A stretch of 64,000 bases of DNA, from assembly GCA_002494645.1 (NCBI GenBank), contig DACE01000010.1:80559-144558 (forward strand), read 5' to 3'. Position numbers and translations under genes: made by a program. Shown here in pieces: positions 28,953-39,526 of the stretch (position 1 is the stretch's first letter; each line of letters begins with the position of its first letter). This stretch comes from Euryarchaeota archaeon UBA256 (GTDB taxonomy: Archaea; Thermoplasmatota; Poseidoniia; Poseidoniales; Poseidoniaceae). The notes beneath the pieces are model-generated. The model worked only from the letters and a program-made list of their open reading frames with translations. It had not been told where the DNA came from and ran no database searches.

Positions 28953-30251
28953 ATGCCAGTTGACAACAGCCGATTCAAGGGATTCTACAATCACACCGTT
29001 GAAGAGCGCCGAGACCTGATTGCCCAAGCCGCTGGTTTGGATGCAGAACATGTTGACGCTCTTGCAGCACATGGTGAATTGGATGAAGCCGCAGCAAGCC
29101 GCATGATTGAGAACGTCATTGGAACGATGTCCCTACCCGTGGGAGTGGCAACCAATTTTGTCATCGACGGCACCCATTACGTCATCCCCTTTTGCCTCGA
29201 AGAGTCCAGCGTGGTGGCTGCGGCATCAAATATGGCAAAACGATGCCTAGCAAAGGGTGGATTCCGCACGAAAAATGACGATCCCGTGATGATCGGCCAG
29301 ATACAAATGCTCGATATCGACAACATATCCGAAGCAACGAGCGCAATTTTAGACGCAAAAGAGGACCTGATAGAATTTTGTAATGACATACCTTCCCGCA
29401 TGATTTCCCTTGGAGGAGGATGCAAGGACATACAAATTCGAGAATTATCAACAACACTTGGCCCTATGATGATCGTTCACCTGCTGGTGGATTGTCGCGA
29501 TGCCATGGGCGCCAATGCAGTGAATACGATGGCTGAACGTGTTGCACCGCGAATTGAGCGATTGACCGGGGGGCGTGCACACCTGCGAATCCTCTCAAAT
29601 CTCGCAAGCCACCGGCTGGCGCGAGTTGAAGCCACATTTACACCTGAAGAGATGGCCTCGGACGGCGAACGTGCAAGTGGCCTAGCGGTGATCAAAGGCA
29701 TCCTTGAAGCACAGGCTTTTGCCGTCAGCGACCCGTACAGAGCGGCGACACATAACAAAGGCATCATGAATGCAATCAGCAGCATTGCCCTGGCATGTGG
29801 ACAAGACTGGCGGGCAATTGAGGCTGGCTGCCACGCATGGACCAGCGTTGACCACGGACAATATACTTCGATGTCCACTTGGATGCAAAACGAAGATGGA
29901 GACCTTGTTGGCTCGATGACACTCCCGATGGCAGTTGGGATTGTTGGAGGCGCCTCAAAGGTACATCCAGCGGCAAAGGCCAATCTTGCTATTCTTGGCG
30001 TCACTTCAGCGCAAGAGTTGGCTGGCATCATGCTGTGTGGCGGCTTGGCTCAAAACCTGGGAGCATTGCGAGCCCTTTCGACCAAAGGCATCCAAGCAGG
30101 ACATATGAAACTCCATGCAAAAAACATGGCTGTAAGTGCGGGGGCTGTTGGAGATGAGATTGAAGCCCTTGCAGCACGGCTTCAGACCTACGAAGGTGCT
30201 CGTACTCAATCAATGGTTGAAACGTGGCTCAAAGAGATGCGTTCTTTATAA
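28953..30251 (+). CDS. mvaA: Class II HMG-CoA reductase
   Basis: MIENVIG, EESSVVAAAS, DAMGANAVNT, RILSNL, RAATHNKGIMN, GQDWRAIEAG, GIQAGHMKLH. Confidence 0.95.
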   Translation: MPVDNSRFKGFYNHTVEERRDLIAQAAGLDAEHVDALAAHGELDEAAASRMIENVIGTMSLPVGVATNFVIDGTHYVIPFCLEESSVVAAASNMAKRCLAKGGFRTKNDDPVMIGQIQMLDIDNISEATSAILDAKEDLIEFCNDIPSRMISLGGGCKDIQIRELSTTLGPMMIVHLLVDCRDAMGANAVNTMAERVAPRIERLTGGRAHLRILSNLASHRLARVEATFTPEEMASDGERASGLAVIKGILEAQAFAVSDPYRAATHNKGIMNAISSIALACGQDWRAIEAGCHAWTSVDHGQYTSMSTWMQNEDGDLVGSMTLPMAVGIVGGASKVHPAAKANLAILGVTSAQELAGIMLCGGLAQNLGALRALSTKGIQAGHMKLHAKNMAVSAGAVGDEIEALAARLQTYEGARTQSMVETWLKEMRSL

Positions 30252-30253
30252 GT

Positions 30254-30865
30254 TCACTCTTCCTCACTTACTGGCAGAGAAGCCTGAACGGTGCCTGAAT
30301 CTTCACTTTCTTCTTGAAGGATTTGTTTACGGTCGCCAAGTTCATCGAGAAGTCCAGAAGACTGTACTTGTTCTCGGAACCACGCTTTTACCTTTTTCCG
30401 GTCGGTATGCGGGCAACCAAAAGCTTCCGAGAAACGCCGAGTAGTAGACAAACGACGTGTATTGCCATCTTTCCTGCGATCTACCATTCCAAGTTGGGCC
30501 AATTCACGAACGTAATCATACGCTTTTTGCCCCAACAATTCTACAAGTCGTGATTGGGGCATCGGCTGATGATAGGCAATCAGTGCTGCAGCCTTGAGCA
30601 ACTTAGGAGGCATGTCCGTTTTAGCGTCCTTTGGCAAATGGGTCGCTATACTGGGCTTGACCTCAAGAGCCCAACGTTCGCCCACGGCAGCAAGTTGTAG
30701 GGAGCCTACCTTTCGTCGTTTGATGGTAGCTTGTAGCGAATATAGGCAATCCAGCATTTCATCCTCATCATACCCGAGGGCTTGGGATAACTCGGTAGCT
30801 GACATCGATTTACCTGAACTAAACAAGGTCGCTTCAATGAGCGTTTCAAGTGGCAATTCTGTCAT
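30254..30865 (-). CDS. scpB: SMC-associated kite subunit ScpB
   Basis: IEATLFSSG, AALIAYHQP, YDYVREL, TTRRFSEAFG; last gene of the smc operon. Confidence 0.92.
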   Translation of the reverse strand: MTELPLETLIEATLFSSGKSMSATELSQALGYDEDEMLDCLYSLQATIKRRKVGSLQLAAVGERWALEVKPSIATHLPKDAKTDMPPKLLKAAALIAYHQPMPQSRLVELLGQKAYDYVRELAQLGMVDRRKDGNTRRLSTTRRFSEAFGCPHTDRKKVKAWFREQVQSSGLLDELGDRKQILQEESEDSGTVQASLPVSEEE

Positions 30866-30879
30866 TTATTCACCCCCAC

Positions 30880-32073
30880 CTATTCAACCAACCATTCATG
30901 GTCACTAAAATCGGATTCTTGAGAAGTCGCCTCCAGACGCTCCTTCTCCGCGATGGCTTCCAAACGAGCCTGCCGTCGAGTTGCCTTCTCTTCAGCCACT
31001 CGAGCACGTTCTGCTATGGCCTCCATACGGTGCATGGAGCCGGTTGCCTCACCTTCAATTCCATCCGAATCTTCAGCCATTAATGTTTCAATTTCATCCA
31101 ACACTTCTTGAAAGTTATCGAGATGAGGCCAGAGATCCTCAATCATGATGGCTTCTAGAGATTCGCCTTCTTGAGAGATACTGGCCATGCGGCGGTGAGT
31201 GAGGAATAACCCAGCAATAAATGAAGCAACGAATGCTTCGCTGTCCGGGTCGTGGAGTTGGTCACCAAAGGTTGAGGTAAGAATTGGCTTGAGTTTCACC
31301 ATCACGTCAACGAGCCTCACCGAGGCTGAACCGACTTCCTCGCACGTGGATTTGAGGGCTTTCCAGCAACGTTCAATGTCACCTTCGAGGTCTTCATTGT
31401 GCATTCGGCCGCCGACATTGTCAAGGTATTCTTTGAGTTCACGTTGGTGTTCAATTCTGTTCAATTCCCGCTGCTGCAAGGCCTCAGCGTCATCTGCTGC
31501 GTCTTTGAAGGCAGAAAGGAGTTCACCAAGTGTGACCGGTCGGCCTTCATCACGGCGGACTCGGCCGTCAAACAAGGTAGGCAAAACATCGTCAGCCTCA
31601 CCTTCCAAAATTGATTGAGTGAAAAAATAGGCCTCATCATCATAATCAGATTCCCAACCAAAGCCAAGGTCTTCATCCCATACTTCCTCTTCATCTTGAA
31701 GTTGTATTCGGTCGAAAAGTGTGGCTGATTGCTGGTGCAAGACTTCCCACGACAAGCGAATAAGACGGCCACATGCAGGTAAATCGATGTTTTCGCCTGT
31801 CTTGACTCGTTGCGCGAAAACATTCAAAAATGCAGAGAGGTCAACGTCCCACGGGTCAAATTCTTCCTCTCGAACCAGTGAAAGTACCAAAGCCACTGAC
31901 CGGTCAAAGGGGTCGTGAAGGCTTTGATGCTCTGCTTCTTCTGTTCCAGCGATGTTGATAATTCGCTGACTGAATTGTTCTGCATCCTGGCGCTCTTCAC
32001 CCGAAGCAAGGAGTTGGTCGATGATGTCCTGCTGGAGGAACCATCGGTCAAGAACGCCTTGTTGTTCAGCCAT
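30880..32073 (-). CDS. scpA: Kleisin ScpA
   Basis: FDPWDVDL, DLPACGRLI, RPVTLGELLSAF, FIAGLFL; located between smc and scpB. Confidence 0.88.
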   Translation of the reverse strand: MAEQQGVLDRWFLQQDIIDQLLASGEERQDAEQFSQRIINIAGTEEAEHQSLHDPFDRSVALVLSLVREEEFDPWDVDLSAFLNVFAQRVKTGENIDLPACGRLIRLSWEVLHQQSATLFDRIQLQDEEEVWDEDLGFGWESDYDDEAYFFTQSILEGEADDVLPTLFDGRVRRDEGRPVTLGELLSAFKDAADDAEALQQRELNRIEHQRELKEYLDNVGGRMHNEDLEGDIERCWKALKSTCEEVGSASVRLVDVMVKLKPILTSTFGDQLHDPDSEAFVASFIAGLFLTHRRMASISQEGESLEAIMIEDLWPHLDNFQEVLDEIETLMAEDSDGIEGEATGSMHRMEAIAERARVAEEKATRRQARLEAIAEKERLEATSQESDFSDHEWLVE

Positions 32074-32082
32074 AAAATCACC

Positions 32083-35000
32083 TCATGCCTCTTCCACAGA
32101 CTCTACGCTTGCTTCCTCAACAGGGGATTCTTCCACGAGTTGGTGTGCTACTTCTGCACGCTCATTGATGTCCTCAGTCATCTCCTGAGTCCGTTCAACC
32201 AGTCCACTGAGAGTCGGCTCTTCAGGTGTTGAGAGGTGAGGTAGCAAACCTCCGAGACTTTGAGGAACGGCAAGGTCTTCGGGGACCAGGGGCATATCTT
32301 CTGTCGCCAAAACAGCATCTTTGATGCGCGACTCGTTCTTATCAGCGTCTTTCTGTGCTTCCTTGAGGGCGGCTTCCCCAAGTGCGATTGCCCGTTCACG
32401 GTCAAAGTCAAGGATGCGACGGCTGCAGCCATCTCCACCGTGAGTGATACCGATATGGTGGTCGGCCAATTTGAGGGAAACTTTGCGCAAGGTCACCATG
32501 ATGAATTGAGCCCGTTTACTGCGCTGACGACACATCTTCGCGATACGTTCTGCATTGTAGGCGTCAAGGTTCTGATCGACTTCATCAAAGTAATAGAAGG
32601 GGCTTGGGTCGTAATCCTGAATGGCAAAGATGAGCGCAAGAGCGGCCATTGATTGCTCGCCGCCGGAAAGTTGTTGCCGACTGACCTTCGATGATTTACC
32701 GCGGGGTTGAGCCCATAGTTCAAGACCGGCCTTGAAAGGTTCATCCGGATTCTCAAGGAAGAGTTCACCTCGCCCACCGTCTGAGAGTTCCTTGTATGAT
32801 TTTTTGAAGTTCTCATTGACCTGTTCAAGTACATTGACCAACCGCTCTTTACGTTGGGATTCCAATTGCTCCGTGACATCGATCAGGTCTTTTCTGCGCT
32901 TTTGTAGGGTTGCAAATTCGTCTTTCATGAGGGCAAGGCGTGCTTGACACGCCTCATACTGTTCAATGGCCATCATGTTGACATTTCCAAAACCCTCCAT
33001 ACGGCGCTGAAGATGACGTAGTCGACGTTCAACATCGGCCACATTCCCGAGATTCTCAGGCATTGCTGTGAGAGACAGCCCCGCTTCAATCAATTCTTGA
33101 CCCATTAATTGGAGTTCATTCTCCCGTTCAGTGATGGTTCGAATGAGTTCGTCAGCCAAGCGGCGGTTGTTCTGAGCCTTGGAAAGGCGTTCCTCGTTTC
33201 GTACGCGCAGTGTTGCCCGTTGTTCAGTTAATTCTTGACGCTCATCTTCGAGACCTTGATTCTCTTCGAGGAAAACGGCTTGTTCGTCTTTCCTGGCTTT
33301 GAGGGTTATTTGGTCGGTCGCCAATTCCGCTTGGAGATTGTCCACGCGTTCACTACGGGCAAGGGCCGATGCTTCCAGAGCGGTGACGCGAGAGTCAATC
33401 TCGGTCACGCGACGCAATAGGAGTTCTTCATGCGTTTGCCCGTTGGCAATTGCTTCGTCTGCTTTCTCCTTGATGCCCGTGGCGGTGACTCGTTTCAAAT
33501 TCGCCGCATGCATTCGTTCACGCAGATGCTCAGGGCTTGCATCTTCGAGTTGTTGTTGAGCTGCATCTTGACCCTCGACTGCCGCTTGGTAGATCTTTTG
33601 AGCATCATCATGAGCCTTGAGGGCTCCTTGTGCGTCAATGCGGAGTTGCTCGAGTTTGGTTTCAAGCCCCGCACAAACATCTTGCGCCTTTTTGTAAGCC
33701 GTATTCGTTTGTTTCTTTTCAGCATTCATCTCACGAACTGCAGTAGCATGGGAGTCATCAACCATCGCGTTGATTTGTTGTCGTAGTCGTTGTTGGTTTT
33801 CTCTCGCTTCGCGAAGAGCAGCCCGAACGGTCTCTTCCATCAACTCGTACCTCGTAACCTCGGCCGTATGCTTCTCAACGTCAGAGGCCCCTTGGATACG
33901 TCCACCAAATGAAATTGACATTTTTCGCTGTGAACCTCCAACCATCGCCCCTCCAGCTTCCGTCAAATCGCCACGTAGAGTGACGAGGCGGACACCACCC
34001 ATGTGCTTTCTTGCAGTAGACATTGAGTCCACTAGGAGGGTGTTTCTCAACACAAAGCGTACTGCAATGTCAATTCGGGGGTCAAAATCAAGAAGTTCGT
34101 GAGCAAAACCAATCACACCAGGTTTTCGAGCGGTCATAACGGATTTACCGCCTGCACGCGTATTGTTCAGTCTGTTGAGTGGGAGGAAGGTTGCCCGACC
34201 GGCTTTGTTGGAGGCCAACCAGCGGATGGCTTGAGCCGCGTGCTCGTCAGATTCTACAACAACCGATGCCATTCCTGCTCCGATGGCCGTTGCGAGTGCA
34301 ATTTCATGTCCGCTCTCTTTTGGAGCACACAATTCAGCGATTGTGCCGATGATGCCTTCCAATTCCCCTCGGTCTCGAGCGGCGATGACAGCGCTTGCTC
34401 CACCTGCCAAACCTTTGGCTCCAGATTTTTGCTCCATCTCTGCTTTTGCAAGGCTCAAGGCTCGTTCTGCTTCCCGGAGTTTGACTTCAACTCGTGTGCG
34501 GTCTTCTGCAAGTTGGGCTTCCGCCTGTTGGGCTTTATTGAGCGCTGCAGCAAGTGCTTCACGGTCGTATTCGGGTGCGTCTTCCTTCAATTGTTGACCA
34601 CGAAGGTCCAACTCACCCAATGCAAGACGGAGTTCTTCGACCTCTTCTTGAGCGCTAGCGAGTTGACCGCCAATCAATTCAGCTTCAAGGGCAAAACGAT
34701 CAACGTCGGATTGAGCAGAGGAAAGCGCACCTTGGCTTGCTTCCACCTTTGATTGGGCTTGCTCAAGCGAGCGAGCCAAATCTTGATTCTTTTCACCTGC
34801 AGATTCCAAAGCAGTGCGAATTTCGACTTCTTCTTCCTGTGCTTCGTTCAAATCCCTCAAAGCTGATTCCAATGCATCATTTGCTGAACGAAGTTCTGCA
34901 CGAAAGCGTTCCAGTTCACTGTTGGCCTCTGTCCTTTGCTCAAGGGCACCATTCAGTTCAACGGCTTCGACTTCATCTTCACGTTCAGCGTCACTGATGC

Positions 35001-35958
35001 GGTCCGTGTTCAACTCAATTCGAACTTGAAGTTCTTGAATTGCCTTGCCCAGTTCAGAGGTTTCTCCACCGGTCAATTTGTTGATTTCTTTTTGGAGTTC
35101 TGCGATTTTATCATCAAGTTCAAGTAGTAATTTCTCGCTCTCAGTGTGTTCATCAATGAGATTCTGGCTATTCGAAAGGTAGCGGTCTCGCTGCTCGACG
35201 TGAAAATCCAACTCGTTCTTCATGCTCGCATATCGTGATTGGAGAAGGAGGGTGTTGGTTCGCTGAATCTCATCCGCGACATCCTTGGCTTTTTGAGCAA
35301 CAACCTTCTCTTTTTCGAGTGTTGCCAGTCGGTCAAGTTGTTCCTTCTCCAGCAACCCGATCCGTTCGAGGTAGGTTTCCACCATGTCCTTTTGTTTCGT
35401 AGCTTTGCGGATTTCATCGTCATATGAGGTGACTCCGGCCACATTGTCCAGAACCTTACGGCGTTCATTGGCAGTCATTTTTGCAAGACTTGTCACGTCA
35501 CCTTGGAGAACAATGTTGTATCCGTCTGGGCGGGCGTTGGCAGCGCCGAGGAGTCGATGAAACACCTTCTGTGTGCTGTCTTCTCCATTCAGCTGGTAGG
35601 TTGTTACAGGATTATTCGATGCCGTGAGGCGGATGCGCCGTGACATGCGAATCTCTTCCTTGTCCAAAGGCAATCGGCGGCGACCGTTGCCCATGATGGG
35701 GTTTGCAAAAACGAGTGTCACGCTACAGTCGCGTGCAGGCTTGGAGTTTTTACCACCGTTAAAAATCAAATCCGCAGAATTTTGAGCACGAATCACACGG
35801 TTGGATTTGGGCCCGAGTACAAATTGAATCGCGTCCCCGCAATTCGATTTGCCTGAACCATTTGGTCCAGTAATCGCAGTGAAGCCACGGTCAAGGGGGA
35901 CGGTGACTTCGCCTTTGAACGATTTGAAATTATTCACTTCAAGTGATTTTAGATACAT
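32083..35958 (-). CDS. smc: Chromosome segregation protein SMC
   Basis: NFKSF, GPNGSGKSN, VLQGD, hinge GRATFLPL...GAMVGG, LSGGE, FDEVD, long coiled coils. Confidence 0.97.
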   Translation of the reverse strand: MYLKSLEVNNFKSFKGEVTVPLDRGFTAITGPNGSGKSNCGDAIQFVLGPKSNRVIRAQNSADLIFNGGKNSKPARDCSVTLVFANPIMGNGRRRLPLDKEEIRMSRRIRLTASNNPVTTYQLNGEDSTQKVFHRLLGAANARPDGYNIVLQGDVTSLAKMTANERRKVLDNVAGVTSYDDEIRKATKQKDMVETYLERIGLLEKEQLDRLATLEKEKVVAQKAKDVADEIQRTNTLLLQSRYASMKNELDFHVEQRDRYLSNSQNLIDEHTESEKLLLELDDKIAELQKEINKLTGGETSELGKAIQELQVRIELNTDRISDAEREDEVEAVELNGALEQRTEANSELERFRAELRSANDALESALRDLNEAQEEEVEIRTALESAGEKNQDLARSLEQAQSKVEASQGALSSAQSDVDRFALEAELIGGQLASAQEEVEELRLALGELDLRGQQLKEDAPEYDREALAAALNKAQQAEAQLAEDRTRVEVKLREAERALSLAKAEMEQKSGAKGLAGGASAVIAARDRGELEGIIGTIAELCAPKESGHEIALATAIGAGMASVVVESDEHAAQAIRWLASNKAGRATFLPLNRLNNTRAGGKSVMTARKPGVIGFAHELLDFDPRIDIAVRFVLRNTLLVDSMSTARKHMGGVRLVTLRGDLTEAGGAMVGGSQRKMSISFGGRIQGASDVEKHTAEVTRYELMEETVRAALREARENQQRLRQQINAMVDDSHATAVREMNAEKKQTNTAYKKAQDVCAGLETKLEQLRIDAQGALKAHDDAQKIYQAAVEGQDAAQQQLEDASPEHLRERMHAANLKRVTATGIKEKADEAIANGQTHEELLLRRVTEIDSRVTALEASALARSERVDNLQAELATDQITLKARKDEQAVFLEENQGLEDERQELTEQRATLRVRNEERLSKAQNNRRLADELIRTITERENELQLMGQELIEAGLSLTAMPENLGNVADVERRLRHLQRRMEGFGNVNMMAIEQYEACQARLALMKDEFATLQKRRKDLIDVTEQLESQRKERLVNVLEQVNENFKKSYKELSDGGRGELFLENPDEPFKAGLELWAQPRGKSSKVSRQQLSGGEQSMAALALIFAIQDYDPSPFYYFDEVDQNLDAYNAERIAKMCRQRSKRAQFIMVTLRKVSLKLADHHIGITHGGDGCSRRILDFDRERAIALGEAALKEAQKDADKNESRIKDAVLATEDMPLVPEDLAVPQSLGGLLPHLSTPEEPTLSGLVERTQEMTEDINERAEVAHQLVEESPVEEASVESVEEA

Positions 35959-36021
35959 CCCTATCCCTCTCAGGAGGGAAACAATTCCCTACCTTATTGC
36001 GCACACCCGTCCCTTACAGGA

Positions 36022-36027
36022 TTTAAA
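36022..36027 (-). promoter_or_regulatory. Putative TATA box of the smc-scpA-scpB operon
   Basis: TTTAAA about 65 bp upstream of the smc start; an AGGGAA-N4-TTCCCT hairpin (35975-35990) lies in the putative leader. Confidence 0.35.
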
Positions 36028-36092
36028 GAATGCGAACAACGGCGGCTCAGTCACGCGCTTTTCCGACCCCTTGAATGAGAGCCGTGGAGGTT

Positions 36093-36866
36093 TCAAAAGA
36101 CCCCTAATTGATTGCATTTCTTACATCCAGCGCCTTGGCAATAAGGGCATGTTGCCATCACGAGGAGTTTGCTTCTACGGCGTTGCATGGCGAGGTTTTT
36201 ATCCCGCTGAAGGAAACGGGAGCGTTCAACACGGTCCAAGGCTTTCCCATCATGTTGTTCTTTACTGAACGAACCTCGGAATTTTCCAGCCTTCTCTCGC
36301 CTTCGCTCCAATTTATCACGGGTTTGAACAACAGCCTCTGCTTCCCAGTATTTTGGCCCACGCATCAGGAAGGCACCAAAGGCGGCGAAGGATATTTGGA
36401 CAATCCATGGTGATATTTCAATTGGAAAGAAATCAGCGAGCGATTCCGAAGTTGCCGAAGAGGGGAGGAAGCCCAGTCGGTCCAAGATGGCGAGTGAAAA
36501 GAACATGCAACCCACGACAAAACCTGCCTTTCGCAACCGTTTGGCCCAGGCTTTATTCTGAGGCAATTCAAGGCGCCCCGCAAGCAGAATCACCAAACCT
36601 TCTGCAAGCATCAACAAATCAGCCCCGGACCATTCCCCTTGCTCACCGAGACAAAACGAGGTATTCATGGTCTCGAGGTCGTTTTCAATGGTCTCAAATC
36701 CACATGCCGGGTCAGCCATCATCATGACATCGAGTTTGTACCCTTCTGCCCCGTTGACGGCCATGGGCGCTACTGCACCGAATTGGACATTGGCAAGAAC
36801 AAAGACGACGATGGCTCCGCCGACAAGTGTTCCTAGCATTCTTCGCATCGCTCGCCCCATTCTCAA
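36093..36866 (-). CDS. Hypothetical membrane protein with C-terminal Cys4 zinc finger
   Basis: About 4 hydrophobic segments, basic tail, CPYCQGAGCKKCNQLG. Confidence 0.7.
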   Translation of the reverse strand: MRMGRAMRRMLGTLVGGAIVVFVLANVQFGAVAPMAVNGAEGYKLDVMMMADPACGFETIENDLETMNTSFCLGEQGEWSGADLLMLAEGLVILLAGRLELPQNKAWAKRLRKAGFVVGCMFFSLAILDRLGFLPSSATSESLADFFPIEISPWIVQISFAAFGAFLMRGPKYWEAEAVVQTRDKLERRREKAGKFRGSFSKEQHDGKALDRVERSRFLQRDKNLAMQRRRSKLLVMATCPYCQGAGCKKCNQLGVF

Positions 36867-36972
36867 CCAAAGGAACTGACTTCATAGTGATATCGCGAAA
36901 CAACAACCCTTAGGTTCAGCCATCATCATGAAGAAGGATGAGGTTGAGGCCGAAATACCCCGAGGTTTTGAC

Positions 36973-38610
36973 ATGGCCCACATCGTCATCATCGGCAGCG
37001 GAATTGCCGGACTTTTTGCAGCAGGCACGCTTGCCGATGCAGGACATCAGGTCACAGTTGTCACGAAACAACGGACCAGAGACTCATCAACGAATTGGGC
37101 ACAGGGCGGGATTGCTGCGATCCTCGACAAAACCAATGCGAACGAAATGGAGGCGCATGTCCAAGACACGTTAGCATCAGGTGACGGACATTGCGATGAA
37201 CCAACCGTTCGAGCTATCATTTCAGATGCGGGAGAACGAATTCGTGATTTGATTCGAATCGGTGTTGAATTTGAGAAGGAAGTGGATGGTTCATTTTCTT
37301 TGGCAAAGGAAGGTGGTCATTCAACGCCCCGAATTCTGCACGCCAAAGACGCTACTGGCAAGGAGATTGAACGCGCACTTTCGGCCTACGCCGAGGCACA
37401 TTCTGGCATTAAATTGCGCCCCAATACACTGGCGATTGACCTTATTCAACGCACACACGGCCAACCCAATCACGGCATTGCAGGCGTATGGTGCCTTGAC
37501 CAAGTTACTCACGAAGTGTTGACCATTGAAGCCGATGCAATCGTCCTGGCAACCGGTGGTGTAGGTCGCTTGTGGAAACAAACCACAAACCCCTCTGTAG
37601 CCACAGGTGATGGTTTGGCGATGGCCTATAGAGCGGGCGCCTGCGTTCAAGATTTGGCATATATCCAATTTCACCCCACCGCCTTACATTCTTCCTATGC
37701 TCGTCCTTTTCTCATCAGCGAAGCCTTGCGAGGAAAGGGTGCAGTTTTACTTGACCACCGAGGTTTAGAGGATTGGAAGCAGGCATGCCTTGATGCTCTC
37801 GACAATGGGGATGATGCCCCCTCTCCTGAGGCATATTCGTTCACCTATGCACATTCACCCCACGGCTCAATGGCTACCCGAGACATTGTGGCTAGGGCAA
37901 TCGATCAGCAACTCAAGAAAAACGCAAATGCGCACGTCTATCTCGTGACCTCACACCTCGATGGGCAATTGCTCAAGGATAAATTTCCAACCATCACCAA
38001 GCGTCTGGCAATTGAAGGCTTGGAACTCGGAAAGGACCCCATTCCCGTTGTACCGGCGGCTCATTACATGGTAGGTGGAATACGCGTTGACTCGATTGGG
38101 CGAGCCTATGTGCGTGATGAAGATGAAAACATGCCGCATCTCTATGCCATCGGCGAGGTAGCCTGTACCGGCATGCACGGAGCCAATCGTCTGGCATCAA
38201 ACAGTTTGTTGGAGGCTGTTGTCTACGCTCACCGTGTTGCCACGCACCTGATTCAATCACCTCCCAACACGTATACAGGAACCCATCCAACATGGCGAGC
38301 AGAGGGTACGACCAATCTTGAAGAGCATGCAACGGTGGCACACGACCGAATGAGTTTGGTGAATACCATGTCACAAGAAGTTGGTATCGTTCGTACGAAT
38401 CAACGCCTCAAACGTGCAAAGCGTCGTTTGTCACTCTTCAATGAAGAAATTGATCTCATTTGGAGGGCATCACGACCTGCACGGGAAATCGTGGAACTTC
38501 GAAACCTCGCACTGATTGGTAGGTTGGTTGTTGATGATGCTTTGAGCAAGAAAGCAAATGCTGGTTTGCATTACAACATTGACCTCGTCAAGGATGACAA
38601 GCGAGAATAA
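36973..38610 (+). CDS. nadB: L-aspartate oxidase
   Basis: IIGSGIAG, WAQGGIA, EGGHS..RILHA.DATG, QFHPT, LISEALRG, RDIVARAI, AAHYMVGG, HGANRLASNSLLE. Confidence 0.95.
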   Translation: MAHIVIIGSGIAGLFAAGTLADAGHQVTVVTKQRTRDSSTNWAQGGIAAILDKTNANEMEAHVQDTLASGDGHCDEPTVRAIISDAGERIRDLIRIGVEFEKEVDGSFSLAKEGGHSTPRILHAKDATGKEIERALSAYAEAHSGIKLRPNTLAIDLIQRTHGQPNHGIAGVWCLDQVTHEVLTIEADAIVLATGGVGRLWKQTTNPSVATGDGLAMAYRAGACVQDLAYIQFHPTALHSSYARPFLISEALRGKGAVLLDHRGLEDWKQACLDALDNGDDAPSPEAYSFTYAHSPHGSMATRDIVARAIDQQLKKNANAHVYLVTSHLDGQLLKDKFPTITKRLAIEGLELGKDPIPVVPAAHYMVGGIRVDSIGRAYVRDEDENMPHLYAIGEVACTGMHGANRLASNSLLEAVVYAHRVATHLIQSPPNTYTGTHPTWRAEGTTNLEEHATVAHDRMSLVNTMSQEVGIVRTNQRLKRAKRRLSLFNEEIDLIWRASRPAREIVELRNLALIGRLVVDDALSKKANAGLHYNIDLVKDDKRE

Positions 38611-39517
38611 GCGAGGTCATGAGTTGATTCACGGGCACCTCGAGCCCGTGGCCTTCAGCGATTCTGACAATCGCTTGGTTCAGTGATTCAATCTCCGTTG
38701 CTCTACCTCGTTTGATGTCCTGTAGCATGCTGCAGGAATTTTCTCGTGTCGATTCGAGAACCTGGCGGAGAAGATGTTCAAAACCTGCCTCATCAACCAC
38801 GCTAATTCGCTCCAAGCGGGCTACCTTTGCTGCCTCGCGGTAAATGGCCATGCAGGCGTCAAACAATCCTGCTGAAAGCAACGCCCCGTTTTTCACCCCA
38901 GCGAGGGCTGCGAGAGGATTGATGGACAGATTCAGCAGAACCTTGCCCCAAATCATTTCGTCTGCATCGGGCATCAATATGGGTGAAAGAGAGGCGGATT
39001 CAAGAAGTTGAACAAGGCTCTCAACTGATGCGGGAGTGGGTCCAAAGGGAGTTGAGGCGAGATGAAGTTCGCCTTGACCTGCCCACCGAACAAGTCCTTC
39101 GATTTCCTTGTAGGCGCCATGCGTTGTAGTTGCAGCAAGCGTACGATGTTGGCCAACGTATTGGGCAAGGGTCTGAAAGTGGCCCAGCCCGTTGGAAAGG
39201 GCAAAGGCGACCCCTGTTTCCTTGAGTAAGGTTGCAGCAAGAGGGGCTAGCGAGACCACATCATAGGCTTTGGAAGCGATGATGACGACGTCAGAACCAG
39301 CAACAAGTTCCTCCGGGAGTGGTAATTCCTCTACTGAGTGCAAAAAGCGTTCTGCTGCATGGGATCCGAGACCAAAACCATCGACCTCCAGTCCTTCAAG
39401 GATGACCCGTGCACCCCGCTCTCCTCTTCCGTGAAGGTGAATCTCATGGTTAGTTTGCGCTAGGGACGCTCCTAGAAGAGTACCGATTGAACCAATTCCA
39501 AGAATGGATATGCGCAT
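38588..39517 (-). CDS. panE: Ketopantoate reductase
   Basis: GIGSIG, KAYD, SNGLG, WGKVLLNLSINPL, SMLQD..RGRATEIESLN. Confidence 0.92.
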   Translation of the reverse strand: MRISILGIGSIGTLLGASLAQTNHEIHLHGRGERGARVILEGLEVDGFGLGSHAAERFLHSVEELPLPEELVAGSDVVIIASKAYDVVSLAPLAATLLKETGVAFALSNGLGHFQTLAQYVGQHRTLAATTTHGAYKEIEGLVRWAGQGELHLASTPFGPTPASVESLVQLLESASLSPILMPDADEMIWGKVLLNLSINPLAALAGVKNGALLSAGLFDACMAIYREAAKVARLERISVVDEAGFEHLLRQVLESTRENSCSMLQDIKRGRATEIESLNQAIVRIAEGHGLEVPVNQLMTSLILACHP

Positions 39518-39526
39518 AGGAATACC

